From contig JBNKBE010000002.1 of assembly GCA_050287085.1 (NCBI GenBank), positions 160,001 to 224,000 of the forward strand: a stretch of 64,000 nucleotides of DNA, given 5' to 3'. A model generated the notes under the pieces. That model did no database searches and was not told the origin of the DNA. It saw nothing but the letters and a program-made list of their open reading frames with translations. Source of the DNA: Polyangiaceae bacterium. GTDB taxonomy: Bacteria > Myxococcota_A > Polyangia > Polyangiales > Polyangiaceae. Of this stretch, positions 46,300-55,824 are shown piece after piece. How positions within the stretch are numbered: the first letter of the stretch is position 1; each line of letters opens with the position of its first letter. Made by a program: the position numbers and the translations under genes.

Positions 46300-48162
46300 C
46301 TAGTCCGCATAGTAGCGCTGTCCCACGCGTCGGATGCCGGCCATCAGAGTTGCGAAATCACCGCTGCTCCGCAGGATGCTGGCGGTGTCGTCGTCCACGA
46401 ATACGAACGGCATATCCAAGATGAGCGACTCGCACCAGCGAGAGGCCAAGCGCAACATCGGCGTTATTGCGGTCTTGGGTTCGACCAGTTCGGCTCGCCA
46501 TAGATCCAGCAGCCACAAGCGTCCACTCGGATCGAGCTCGAAGCGATCTGCCGAAGCGTCAGGCAGTACTATTCCAAGCTGCGCCAGCGCCGCCAGCATA
46601 GTAACTCCGTCGAGCGCCAAGGTGAGAAGCTGGTCCTCCCCAAGCGTCGATGAGATTTGCAGACGTCCGGAGCTGGCGCTCTTGGCCAGATAGGCTACGT
46701 AGGGCCCGCGTCGGCTCGTGACGTTGGAGCTATACTCGGGCACGATGCCGGGAACCAAGGCGCGCTTGACGATATCGACGTGGCGGGAAAACTCCGCTGC
46801 GTCCGACTCCGTACCCACACGGACCCAAAGCCTTCGCTGGGTGCTCAGGCAAAATGCGGGTCTAAGCACCGCGGCATCCGTTTCAGTCTTGCGCCCGCTA
46901 CGACCGCGCAGCAATGCGATGCGACCGATACGGGGTGAACTGAGCCCCCGCAGCCAGAGGTGGGCCCGGGAGCGGACCTCTGGATTGTCGACAAGGCGTT
47001 CCAGTCGGGTCTTTGCCTGGGCGTCGTCGCCGTGTCGCAGCAAACCGCCGATGCGAAGCAGTTCGAGGTTGCCTCCGCGGGCGCTCCGGAGATCGAAGGT
47101 ACTCAATAGCTCGTCGATTTGTGTTCCCAGCGCGTGGGTTGCGGGGAGGTGCCGCAGCGCAAAGCGAAGCACTCGCTCCCGCACCAAGCTCGGCCGCCTA
47201 AGCAATTGCGCCGAGGCGTTTGCAAGAAGGCTTTCCAGGCCGGAAAGCACCCGCTCGTGCTGGTAGTCCCTGCCTGGGTTGTCGCCTCGGATCAAGAAGC
47301 GCATGGCCTGCGAGATGGCGCTTGCCTCCGCGCGGACCTCGCTGGGGAGCGAAGGCTCCCAGTCTTGGAAGCGACCTGCGAGCTGGTTGTGATCGAGCAG
47401 CAGAAGCAGCAGCGCGCAGCGGTCCTCGCTACGAATGGCGTCAACGGCCCGCTTAACAAGCGCGATGGTTGATTCGACGCTGAGGCCTTCGAGGTTGACT
47501 CTGCGCAGCGTCGGGGCGAGGGCGTCCAGGGGGCAGCTTTGCCCCAGGGCGGATGTTGCCTCCAGGTAAGCCTCAAGCACGGGTAGTGAGGGCAGGAAGC
47601 GACACACCTCTCCGGCCAGGTGGGCTTGCTGTTTCGTGTCGAGGCTTGCCAGTGCGCCGAGCACGTGTGGTTCGGTGACCTTGCTCAGCAAGTGCTCGCA
47701 AACGCCGCGGTGCGTCGGCTCCCTTTCGCCCGTGAGCAAGGCAAGCTCACTTTCACTCAGCTCGAGTTTGAACTCCGATTGGTATTCACGGACGATAGCG
47801 AGGTTACGTCGGAGTTCTTCAACTTCGTCCGCGGCCAGTGCGCTTTCGGCGCTGGGCTGTGTTGCGGGAGCGGGTTGGGTTGATGCCTTCTTCTTGCGAC
47901 GTCGCCGCCGCTTCTTCTTCTCACCGGCCTCAGCGGGAGCACTCGTGTCATCGGTGTTGGGGGGCGCCGCCTTGGGTTCGGCGTGTTCGGCGTGTTCGGC
48001 CCGTTCCGCTTGCGTGCCTGCTTCCGTTGCAAGGTCTGGCTTATCAACCCCCGGCGTCGGCGCGACCGTCTCGCTGGTTTCCTGCGTCACGCGCGCCTCG
48101 GCGGGGGGCGAAACAACCTCCCGTCCATCGGGCGCTACTATCTGACTCGGATCTTCCGGCAT
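46300..48162 (-). CDS. Hypothetical protein with poly-basic N-terminus and C-terminal degenerate kinase-like domain
   Basis: KKKRRRRRKKK; LGIVLPDASADRFELDPSGRLWLLDL; TTGACA-18-TATCGA promoter 6 nt before ATG 48162. Confidence 0.7.
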   Translation of the reverse strand: MPEDPSQIVAPDGREVVSPPAEARVTQETSETVAPTPGVDKPDLATEAGTQAERAEHAEHAEPKAAPPNTDDTSAPAEAGEKKKRRRRRKKKASTQPAPATQPSAESALAADEVEELRRNLAIVREYQSEFKLELSESELALLTGEREPTHRGVCEHLLSKVTEPHVLGALASLDTKQQAHLAGEVCRFLPSLPVLEAYLEATSALGQSCPLDALAPTLRRVNLEGLSVESTIALVKRAVDAIRSEDRCALLLLLLDHNQLAGRFQDWEPSLPSEVRAEASAISQAMRFLIRGDNPGRDYQHERVLSGLESLLANASAQLLRRPSLVRERVLRFALRHLPATHALGTQIDELLSTFDLRSARGGNLELLRIGGLLRHGDDAQAKTRLERLVDNPEVRSRAHLWLRGLSSPRIGRIALLRGRSGRKTETDAAVLRPAFCLSTQRRLWVRVGTESDAAEFSRHVDIVKRALVPGIVPEYSSNVTSRRGPYVAYLAKSASSGRLQISSTLGEDQLLTLALDGVTMLAALAQLGIVLPDASADRFELDPSGRLWLLDLWRAELVEPKTAITPMLRLASRWCESLILDMPFVFVDDDTASILRSSGDFATLMAGIRRVGQRYYAD

Positions 48163-48268
48163 GAAGCCTCGATAGTCGAGGGATAGAGCGACTGTCAAAC
48201 GTCACTTCGTCGGACGTCGTTGTAGTCGGAGCCAAAACGGCGTCAGATTGGTTCAATGTCGCCCCGAG

Positions 48269-49204
48269 CTACGAGCGACATCGGCGCTGTGAGCTGGGGC
48301 AGGCCAGGCGCACGTGCAGGTGGTCGCGGTGTCCGGCAACGTGGCGAATCAAGGCTTCGTCGCTCCCCTCGGCGACCTGCAACCAAGCTGCCAGCTGGCT
48401 CTGAGACATCGCATCATGACCCTCGGCGTACGCGAGCAGCAATCGTTGGACGGACCGATCCATGAACATGACCTCAACGTCTGCGTGTTCGACCAGCAGT
48501 CGTAGTAAGCGCCAAGTAGCGCTTGCATCGAGGTTGTTCTTGTCGATGCGCTGCCAACTCACTTTGGACTTGCCATCCCACTGCGTGGGATAGCTTATAT
48601 CGACGTCGCGCCCGGATTGATGAGTCTTATGCGGTTCGAGAGGGCCGCCTCGCCGCGTTGACAAGTTGCCGATGAGGATCGGCTGCACTGATGGTGCGCT
48701 CGCGGCCCATGCACGCAGCACGCGGTCTAGCGATACTACGGTCTCCCGGGTGGCCCACGTCTTCCAGCGTTCGGCCGTAATCCTACGCCCCGGACCTTCG
48801 AGCATGGGCATTGCACCTGTGATCGAACCGTCGTGGGGGAGACCGATGGACTCGCTGGGCCTGTCGGTCGGTGTGTACACCACAACGCGCGTTTTGGGCT
48901 GAAGCGATTGCTCGGGATCGATCTTGGGGTTGAGGTCGATGATCTCTCGGTGATGCAGCTTATAGAGATTCGCCACATTGAGGAGAGTTCCGCCTCGTGC
49001 GACAGTGTACGAAGCTTGGACCCCATCCGGAGAGGACTGGGCCTCGGGAGCCGAAGGGGGTTGTGCCCGTTTCGCCTTATGGACCGCTTGCGGAGGCAGT
49101 GGGGCGTCGCCGGACTGCTCACAACCCCAGGCGAGCGCACCCAGCATCCCCAATCCAAGCAGCACGGCACGGCGGGCGGCCGCGCATGGGGGCTTCACGA
49201 GCAT
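48269..49204 (-). CDS. LysM + MepA-like penicillin-insensitive murein endopeptidase lipoprotein
   Basis: Lipobox LAWGC; YTVARGGTL (LysM); IGNLS, HKTHQSGRDVD, HRDHLHVR. Confidence 0.88.
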   Translation of the reverse strand: MLVKPPCAAARRAVLLGLGMLGALAWGCEQSGDAPLPPQAVHKAKRAQPPSAPEAQSSPDGVQASYTVARGGTLLNVANLYKLHHREIIDLNPKIDPEQSLQPKTRVVVYTPTDRPSESIGLPHDGSITGAMPMLEGPGRRITAERWKTWATRETVVSLDRVLRAWAASAPSVQPILIGNLSTRRGGPLEPHKTHQSGRDVDISYPTQWDGKSKVSWQRIDKNNLDASATWRLLRLLVEHADVEVMFMDRSVQRLLLAYAEGHDAMSQSQLAAWLQVAEGSDEALIRHVAGHRDHLHVRLACPSSQRRCRS

Positions 49205-49396
49205 GAATAGCGACGCTACCCGCCCCCGCCTACGGACGCAAAAAATGTGCAATTTCGAGTTGCTGGCGCTGGGGCCTCCGGCTCGCCTCGAACTCCCTCT
49301 CACGCCGGGGAAAGCGGGTCATGGGACCGGCTTCGCTATTGGCGCGTCGGAGGTCTTCCCGGACAAGCCGAGTCGGTCGTAGTACAACGGTACATC

Positions 49397-49741
49397 ATGC
49401 TGGAATGGGTGGACGAAGGCGGCGGGGTGGTTGTTGTCAGCGTGCCGGCGCGCGTGGACGTGAGCAATACGCGTGCGCTCGTCGATGTCGTGGTCGCGCG
49501 GGTCGACGCGGGACTGGATCGCGTTGTCTTGGACTTTGAGCACACCCAGATGATCGACTCCACGGCGTTGGGAGCGCTGGTGCAGATTCTCAAGTCGCTC
49601 GGGCCTCGGGGAGGCAGCCTGGCCCTTGCCCATGTGGGTGAAAGCATCCATCGCTTGTTTTCTCTCACCCGTCTTGACGGTGTGTTTACCTTGGTGCCGA
49701 CGAGAGCGGAAGCCGTCGCGTTGCTCCGGCCGAAGGCGTGA
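49397..49741 (+). CDS. STAS-domain anti-sigma factor antagonist
   Basis: VVLDF...MIDSTALGALV, LFSLTRLD. Confidence 0.9.
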   Translation: MLEWVDEGGGVVVVSVPARVDVSNTRALVDVVVARVDAGLDRVVLDFEHTQMIDSTALGALVQILKSLGPRGGSLALAHVGESIHRLFSLTRLDGVFTLVPTRAEAVALLRPKA

Positions 49742-49815
49742 GGTCGGGCTGGTAGCCGCCGAGAAGATACGAAAACCGCTCGCAATTGCTTTCACGAAGG
49801 CAGAAGCTCACGCCC

Positions 49816-50640
49816 ATGGACGGCCGTGTTCTTACAATTGCAGGCTCCGACTCCGGCGGCGGGGCTGGGATCCAGGCGGACATCAAGACCATCACGGCGC
49901 TGGGCGGCTACGCGATGTCGGCCATCACTTCTCTCACGGCACAAAACACGTTTGGAGTGCAGTCGCGACAAGACGTCGATCCTTTTTTCGTGGAGGCCCA
50001 AGCGGAAGCCGCCATCACCGACATTGGCGTCGATGCTGTGAAGGTGGGTATGTTGGGCAGCCGCACCACGGCTGAGCTCGTGGCTAGGCTGCTCGAGCGC
50101 TTGGCGCGTTCTGCCCCTTGTATCGTAGATCCCTTGTGCCGTTCTACGTCCGGCCAGCTGCTGTTGGATCCCGACGCCCAGGCTACGCTCAAGGAGCGTT
50201 TGATCCCTCTGGCCGCGGTGGTCACGCCCAACGCGCTGGAGGCGGAAGCGCTGACGGGGGTTGTTGTTGACTGCGAGCAGGCGATGCACCGCGCAGCGGA
50301 CCACCTCTTGCTACTGGGGGCGGGCGCCGTATTGGTCACGGGAGGCCATTTGGCGAGCGATAGTGTGGTGGACATCTTGCGGACCGCCGACGGGGAGTTT
50401 CACCGTTTCGAAGGGGAGCGACTTGAAACCCGCGCGCGCCACGGCACCGGTTGCACGCTTTCGTCCGGGGTCGCGACGGGACTCGCTCAGGGGCTTACGT
50501 TGGCTGCGGCCGTCGAACGCGCTGTGCGCTACACCCAGGACGCCATGCGTTGGGCACACCCGCTGGGGCGGGGTCCCGAGGGGCCGCTCGACCACGGTCA
50601 CACGTTGCGCTTGCGTCCGCCCGAGGCGCCAGTTCACTAG
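49816..50640 (+). CDS. thiD: HMP/HMP-P kinase
   Basis: LTIAGSDSGGGAGIQADIKT, TAQNT, VKVGML, TPN, HGTGCT. Confidence 0.96.
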   Translation: MDGRVLTIAGSDSGGGAGIQADIKTITALGGYAMSAITSLTAQNTFGVQSRQDVDPFFVEAQAEAAITDIGVDAVKVGMLGSRTTAELVARLLERLARSAPCIVDPLCRSTSGQLLLDPDAQATLKERLIPLAAVVTPNALEAEALTGVVVDCEQAMHRAADHLLLLGAGAVLVTGGHLASDSVVDILRTADGEFHRFEGERLETRARHGTGCTLSSGVATGLAQGLTLAAAVERAVRYTQDAMRWAHPLGRGPEGPLDHGHTLRLRPPEAPVH

Positions 50641-50676
50641 AAGCGCAGCGCGTTAGAAGCACCGTGCACTAGTTGA

Positions 50677-50748
50677 GCCAAAGCCCCGCCGCTCTGCCAA
50701 AGCCCCGCCGCTCTGCCAAAGCCCCGCCGCTCTGCCAAAGCCCCGCCG
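50677..50748. repeat. 19-bp tandem repeat x3.8 (GCCAAAGCCCCGCCGCTCT)
   Basis: Abuts the GH26 stop codon, in a convergent intergenic region. Confidence 0.95.
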
Positions 50749-52137
50749 TCACCGGCTTAGCGCCGCGAGGTCAGCGCGCAACAGGACACGGGGATCGAGG
50801 CAGACGGCGCGAAAGTCCGCCGCGCTCGGATGGGCCGGATAGGATATAAAGCAGTGTTCGGGACGCGCATTGCGCCAAGCGAGCGCATACGCCAGCCCGA
50901 ACGTCTCGGGATGGGCTGCCAGGGGGGAGAGAAACTGTTTGCTGAACCAGGTTGCGCCCGCAACCCCGAAACTATTGAGCCCGCCTTTGGGACCGAACTC
51001 GGTGATCGCTGCGACTTTGGAGCGAGCCCGCGCCTCTCGGACCGCGATTTCTGCCACGGATACGAGTCGCTTGGAGTCGCGAAAGTAGTAGTAGTCGAAG
51101 CCGAGCACGTCGACGTAGGCGTCTCCCGGATAGCCGTATAGGTAGCTTTGCGGGGAGGTCACTTCGCCGCCACCTGGGGAAAATGCGAAGGCTAGTTGCT
51201 GCAGCTTGCGAGTGTGGACCAGGTAGTCGACGACGAAGCGAAAGATTGCGACGTAGTCCTCTTCGCGGGTGGAGTTTCGACCCCACCAAAACCAGCCGCC
51301 CGTGTGTTCGTGAAATGGGCGGACCAGGAGCGGTATGCCTTTGCCGTGTTCGTCCTGGATGGTCGCGATGAAGTCAGCAAGGCGGTCGAGAGATACCACG
51401 AAGTCTTCATGATGCGTCCCTCCCGGGAGTATGGCTGTCACCGCGGGGGTGGTATCCCACGCATTGCCACCCGAAACGGGATTGTCGAGGTGCCAGGACA
51501 GTGTGTTCAGACCCCCTCGCGCATGGTGACGAATCATCGCGGCGCGCATCAGCGCGAAATCCACCCCGTCACCGTTGGCTGAGGCTTCGTTTTCGATGCC
51601 AAACGCGTCCCAGCCGAAGACTGCGGGAAAGTCTTCACAGATCAGGGCCACGTCGGAGCGCTCTGGAAGCGAGGCCGCCGGTGCACTTTTTTCCGCGTCG
51701 GCTTGGGCGCCTGCCGTCCAGCCGACTCCGTAGGCGACAGTGTCTTGGTGTCCGAGGGCGAGCCCTGGCGCTGCGGCAAGCGCATGGAGTTGAGCGAGCA
51801 GCGCGTGGCGCGCAGGGTGGGTCACCCGCGACAACCCGAGCGCATCGGAATTGGTCCCAGCGTGAGCGATGTCTTCCTGTTTGGCTGAGGTCGAGGGCAT
51901 GGGGGACGTCGAGCCCTCCGCTGGCTCGCGCGCTGGAGCCATGGCGGCGCAGCCGGAAAGGGCAAGAATCGACGACAAACACAGCCACTTCGCGGGGTGC
52001 CGTTTACCTGGCCCGCGGCCGTGCTGACGCTGGGGGAGCCCCGGTGGCGGCGGGGTCGGCGTCGCTGGGGTCGGGATCACCGGGGTCGGCGTCGCTGGGG
52101 TCGGGATCACCGGGGTCGGGATCACACCGTGAGCCAT
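50749..52137 (-). CDS. GH26 beta-mannanase-like lipoprotein
   Basis: Lipobox LSGC; RPFHEHTGGWFWWG (acid/base E), YPGDAYVDVLGFDYY, AITEFG (nucleophile), WRN. Confidence 0.9.
   Translation of the reverse strand: MAHGVIPTPVIPTPATPTPVIPTPATPTPPPPGLPQRQHGRGPGKRHPAKWLCLSSILALSGCAAMAPAREPAEGSTSPMPSTSAKQEDIAHAGTNSDALGLSRVTHPARHALLAQLHALAAAPGLALGHQDTVAYGVGWTAGAQADAEKSAPAASLPERSDVALICEDFPAVFGWDAFGIENEASANGDGVDFALMRAAMIRHHARGGLNTLSWHLDNPVSGGNAWDTTPAVTAILPGGTHHEDFVVSLDRLADFIATIQDEHGKGIPLLVRPFHEHTGGWFWWGRNSTREEDYVAIFRFVVDYLVHTRKLQQLAFAFSPGGGEVTSPQSYLYGYPGDAYVDVLGFDYYYFRDSKRLVSVAEIAVREARARSKVAAITEFGPKGGLNSFGVAGATWFSKQFLSPLAAHPETFGLAYALAWRNARPEHCFISYPAHPSAADFRAVCLDPRVLLRADLAALSR
52051..52125 (-). repeat. 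30/15-bp coding repeat (VIPTP/ATPTP) at GH26 N-terminus
   Basis: CGGGGTCGGCGTCGCTGGGGTCGGGATCAC x2 plus a 15-bp partial copy. Confidence 0.9.
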
Positions 52138-52141
52138 GGGC

Positions 52142-53005
52142 CTAGTGGTGAAGGCGGACAGTCGAGAGCTTGGAGCGGGCATCGTTTAGCAAAGGACTGC
52201 TAGGAAAACGCCGCATGAACGCGCGCAACGTTGCCTTGGCGTCGTTATAGGCTTCGATGTCGAGTTGGGTTTCGGCTAGTAGGAAGGTCGCGTCATCCAT
52301 GACATCGGGGTCGCTGGAGGCTTCCGAGAGCTTCATCAAGAGAGGAATAGCCTCGCGTTGCTTGCCCAAGGTCCGCAGCGCGCGGGCCAGCTGATATTGC
52401 GCTTGGGAGGCGTGGGCTGCGTTCGGCTTGTACTGAAGGCTTTGCCTGAGCGCTTGTTCGGCCTCGTGCCAGCGGCGGGTCCGAATGTGGTCCAACCCCT
52501 CGTGATAGAGGTCTAGGCTCAGCACCGACGCGGCGCGGTCACGCGCGGCTGCGAAGACCTGACGCTCCGTGCGTGTCAGCTGGAGGTTCTTGAGGGCTTC
52601 AAATTGCGTCAGCACGTCGCGGTGCTTGTCGGACTTGATCAGCGCGTAGAATTCGCCGGCCGCACGCTCGGACTTGGACCGCTCCTCTTCCGTAGCGCGG
52701 AGTCGGTCGAGCTCTTTTTCGAGCTGACCCAGGCGTTCACGCCCGTCTTTTGAGTCAGCTCGGACCGCCTCAACCCGAGCGTCCACCACGATTTTTGCGG
52801 CGATGAGCAGCAGTAGCGAAGTGACGACGTAGGCAACGGCGCTGTCCCAACGCAGCTTCCGCTCATAAGCTTGCTGTCGCTTGGCAATGCTATTCATGTC
52901 GGCCGAGAGGGCGTTGACCAGGTTGTTGGTCTTGATGGACAGCGAGCGACTTTCGACGATCTCGCGTTTGATCTCCTCCAGTTCGGTCCCAAAGTCGTCC
53001 AGCAT
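52142..53005 (-). CDS. Coiled-coil/TM/TPR protein (CpoB/YbgF-like C-terminus)
   Basis: AQYQLARA, ATFLLAE, FMRRFPSS. Confidence 0.7.
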   Translation of the reverse strand: MLDDFGTELEEIKREIVESRSLSIKTNNLVNALSADMNSIAKRQQAYERKLRWDSAVAYVVTSLLLLIAAKIVVDARVEAVRADSKDGRERLGQLEKELDRLRATEEERSKSERAAGEFYALIKSDKHRDVLTQFEALKNLQLTRTERQVFAAARDRAASVLSLDLYHEGLDHIRTRRWHEAEQALRQSLQYKPNAAHASQAQYQLARALRTLGKQREAIPLLMKLSEASSDPDVMDDATFLLAETQLDIEAYNDAKATLRAFMRRFPSSPLLNDARSKLSTVRLHH

Positions 53006-53267
53006 CGTGCGCTCTTACCTCGCCGCTTTCTCGGTGTCCCGACCATTACACGATTGCTCGCTTTCGGGCACGAGTCCGTGCTCGAAGCGGCGCAAATGAC
53101 GCCCGGTCGGAGCGTCGCAGGGGCCCGGCTAGGATCCGTCCGTGGCGTGAACCGGGGCAGCCGCGAGCGTTCGGGCGTCACTTTGGGGTCGGGAGCCGGC
53201 GATAGGCGCTTGATCGACGCCCCCGCTCCCGCTAGACGAAGGGCCAAATTCGAGCACGGAGCTATTC

Positions 53268-53831
53268 ATGGATACGAGCGACATCAAGAAGGGACTGAAG
53301 TTCATGTACGAGGGCGAACCTTACGTTTGCCTCGAGTTTCAGTTCGTCAAGCCGGGCAAAGGTCAGGCGTTCACCCGCACGCGCATGCGCCACCTACTGA
53401 CGGGTTCCGTGGTAGAACGCAATATTCGCTCCGGGGAAAAGATCGAGGCTGCGGATGCCGACGAGCGCTCCTATCAGTACATCTATCCGGACGGTGACGG
53501 ATTCGTGTTCATGGAGATGCAATCCGGGGAGCAAATCACCGTTCCTGGCGAGATCATTGGCAATGACGCGGATTTCCTCATGGATGGCAGCTCGTGCATG
53601 ATCACCGTTTATCAAAGCAATCCGGTATCGGTGACGCTGCCGCCCCACATCACCGTTCAGATTGTCGAAACGGAGCCGGGGGTCAAAGGAGATACCGCGA
53701 CGAACGTAACCAAGCCCGCGAAGATCGCCACCGGAGCCACCGTGCAGGTCCCGCTCTTCATCACGGAAGGCGAATGGGTCAAAGTCGACACACGCGAGCG
53801 CGCCTACCTGGAGCGCGTCAAAGCGCCCTAG
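53268..53831 (+). CDS. efp: Elongation factor P
   Basis: VKPGKGQAF, PGVKGDTA, VPLFI, VDTR...YLER. Confidence 0.98.
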   Translation: MDTSDIKKGLKFMYEGEPYVCLEFQFVKPGKGQAFTRTRMRHLLTGSVVERNIRSGEKIEAADADERSYQYIYPDGDGFVFMEMQSGEQITVPGEIIGNDADFLMDGSSCMITVYQSNPVSVTLPPHITVQIVETEPGVKGDTATNVTKPAKIATGATVQVPLFITEGEWVKVDTRERAYLERVKAP

Positions 53832-53855
53832 TCGGGGCCACCATTCCGGCGTGAG

Positions 53856-55622
53856 TCAGGGGGATGGCTCAGGGCGCAGTACGACGACTCGTTCGGCTCG
53901 CAGACACGCCAGCTCGCTGGCGTCGTCGTTGACGACGCAATGACTGACCTGTGGGGCGGGAACGCGCCACAGGCTCTTGACCCCGGCCCGGCCAAAGACG
54001 AGCGGGCCCCATGGGGTTTCGGCGACGCCGTAGTGAGCGGATGGGCTGAGCGGACTTCCGGAGGGAGGGGGCTTCACCGTGGGGAAGGCCCCGCTGGGCG
54101 TGAAGAGCAGTGGTCCCCATATTGCTTCCGGCGCGCCGGAAGAATCAAAGCCGACGGGACGCAGGGCCGGGAGCTGGAGCGGGGGCGCACCCGAGCACAG
54201 GCCTGGACGCGGGGCTAGCCAACGGCTGAACTCAACGCGCTGCATTGAGCCGGTGGGGGAAAGCATCATGAGGGCAATGCTCGAGCGGTCGCAGGGGAGC
54301 TCAACGAAGCCAAATCGCTCGCCGGTAGGCCCTCGGGGGACCAGTGACCATGTCGGCACGGATTCACTCACCTCGGAAACACGACCCGCTCGCCACTCAA
54401 AAAGTCCGTCAGGACTCTGGATCCAGAGCGCCCCGCCGGGCGCGTAGCTGAGCGGACTGTATTGGGGTTGGGGTCCCGGCTGGGACGGCTCTACCTGCAG
54501 CGTCTCGAGGTGCGCGTCGACGGCATGCGCAGCCTTCAGCGTCGAGGCCAACAACTGTTCGTACAAGCTTGCGTGGGTCTTCGGCGGCGCCAAGGCGAAC
54601 CACGTGGCCCGCTGCAGCTCGAAGAGCGCCAGGTCCGATCGACCCTCGGCCAATGCGGCGCGCACGCTCATGCGCAGTACTTCCTTGGCTGCTTCAGGGA
54701 GCTCCCCGCAAGGAAGCGCCACGCCGTCTTGGTCGAAGACCAGGGAGCGTCCGCTTTCAGCGCATAAGTACGTAAACAGACGGCGCGACATGTCCAGCGC
54801 ATTGCCCATGGCCTCGACCCCGTCCCCGACCGCGGGATGGCGTTGTGCTTGGGCGGCAAAAGACTGCGCCGGCTCGGCTGAGTAGCTCACGAGTCCAGCG
54901 GCGCGATTGAGCCAGACCCATCGCGCGCTGGCTCGCTGCTTTCCGCGGACCAGCTGTCCCTCGAGGACGACGTCTTCATGCCCATCGCCGTCCACGTCAG
55001 GGCTGTCTGCATCGACCTTCAGCCGATCCTGGGGATCGGCAGGGCGTCCGATGCGCAACGTCGCCAGTAGCTTGGGCTTCTCGAAGACGTCGAAGAACTG
55101 AAGTGAGCCCCGCGGGCTCCCTGGCATCAGCGGCAGCTCTGGGCAGTCTGCGTCAACTTGCAGGACAGCCGCCGCACTGCCGGTCGCTTTCAGACGGGTG
55201 TGATGGAGGCAGCTCTTGCCGTTGGGCACGAAGCCAGGAAAGCGCGCCAGGGAACGCGGTCGGGGAGTCAACTGCCAGAGCTCACCTTGGCTGTCCGCGT
55301 TGGGGGCCTCTTCCTTGCGGAGCCAGGCGAGGGTTCGTGGCTCCCTTTGAGGCAACACCACGACTTGAGCCAGGAGCCAGCCATCGGGTGCCTTGAGCTC
55401 CAAGCCGGCCATCCGCGTCCGTGCGACGGGGGGGGAGAAGGCGCTGTGCGCCGCGACCAGGGGTGGTGCGGCCGTAGCTATGGCCGAGGGGGAGACGGTG
55501 GCTGCAGGACCCGCGCTGGTAGCTGCACCAAAGGGTGTATAGGGTTTGTCTTCGTCACGGCTGCACGCCGACAGCAGCAACAGCAGGAGGCAGCATCGCT
55601 TCCAGACTACAAGGGCACACAT
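53856..55622 (-). CDS. Hypothetical lipoprotein with Ca-binding-like DxDGDG motif
   Basis: LLLLSAC lipobox; DVDGDGHEDVV. Confidence 0.7.
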   Translation of the reverse strand: MCALVVWKRCCLLLLLLSACSRDEDKPYTPFGAATSAGPAATVSPSAIATAAPPLVAAHSAFSPPVARTRMAGLELKAPDGWLLAQVVVLPQREPRTLAWLRKEEAPNADSQGELWQLTPRPRSLARFPGFVPNGKSCLHHTRLKATGSAAAVLQVDADCPELPLMPGSPRGSLQFFDVFEKPKLLATLRIGRPADPQDRLKVDADSPDVDGDGHEDVVLEGQLVRGKQRASARWVWLNRAAGLVSYSAEPAQSFAAQAQRHPAVGDGVEAMGNALDMSRRLFTYLCAESGRSLVFDQDGVALPCGELPEAAKEVLRMSVRAALAEGRSDLALFELQRATWFALAPPKTHASLYEQLLASTLKAAHAVDAHLETLQVEPSQPGPQPQYSPLSYAPGGALWIQSPDGLFEWRAGRVSEVSESVPTWSLVPRGPTGERFGFVELPCDRSSIALMMLSPTGSMQRVEFSRWLAPRPGLCSGAPPLQLPALRPVGFDSSGAPEAIWGPLLFTPSGAFPTVKPPPSGSPLSPSAHYGVAETPWGPLVFGRAGVKSLWRVPAPQVSHCVVNDDASELACLRAERVVVLRPEPSP

Positions 55623-55757
55623 GTTGCGCGGCTATAACACGAAGCGCCGTCGGCTGGCCGAAATGAGTTCATCACTGCCCGCTCAGTCCGGCCTTGGAGG
55701 GGACTCGACGCGCGGCGGAATTGCGTTCCGAAACAAGGTATTACAAGGCCCCAGGCC

Positions 55758-55786
55758 TTGCGACGACCCCCCTGGCGACGTAGTCT
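55758..55786 (+). promoter_or_regulatory. Putative sigma70 promoter TTGCGA-17-TAGTCT
   Basis: 38 nt upstream of ATG 55825. Confidence 0.45.
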
Positions 55787-55824
55787 GAACCCGCCGTGCG
55801 GAGCTGCTGCCGCATATCGAGGTC

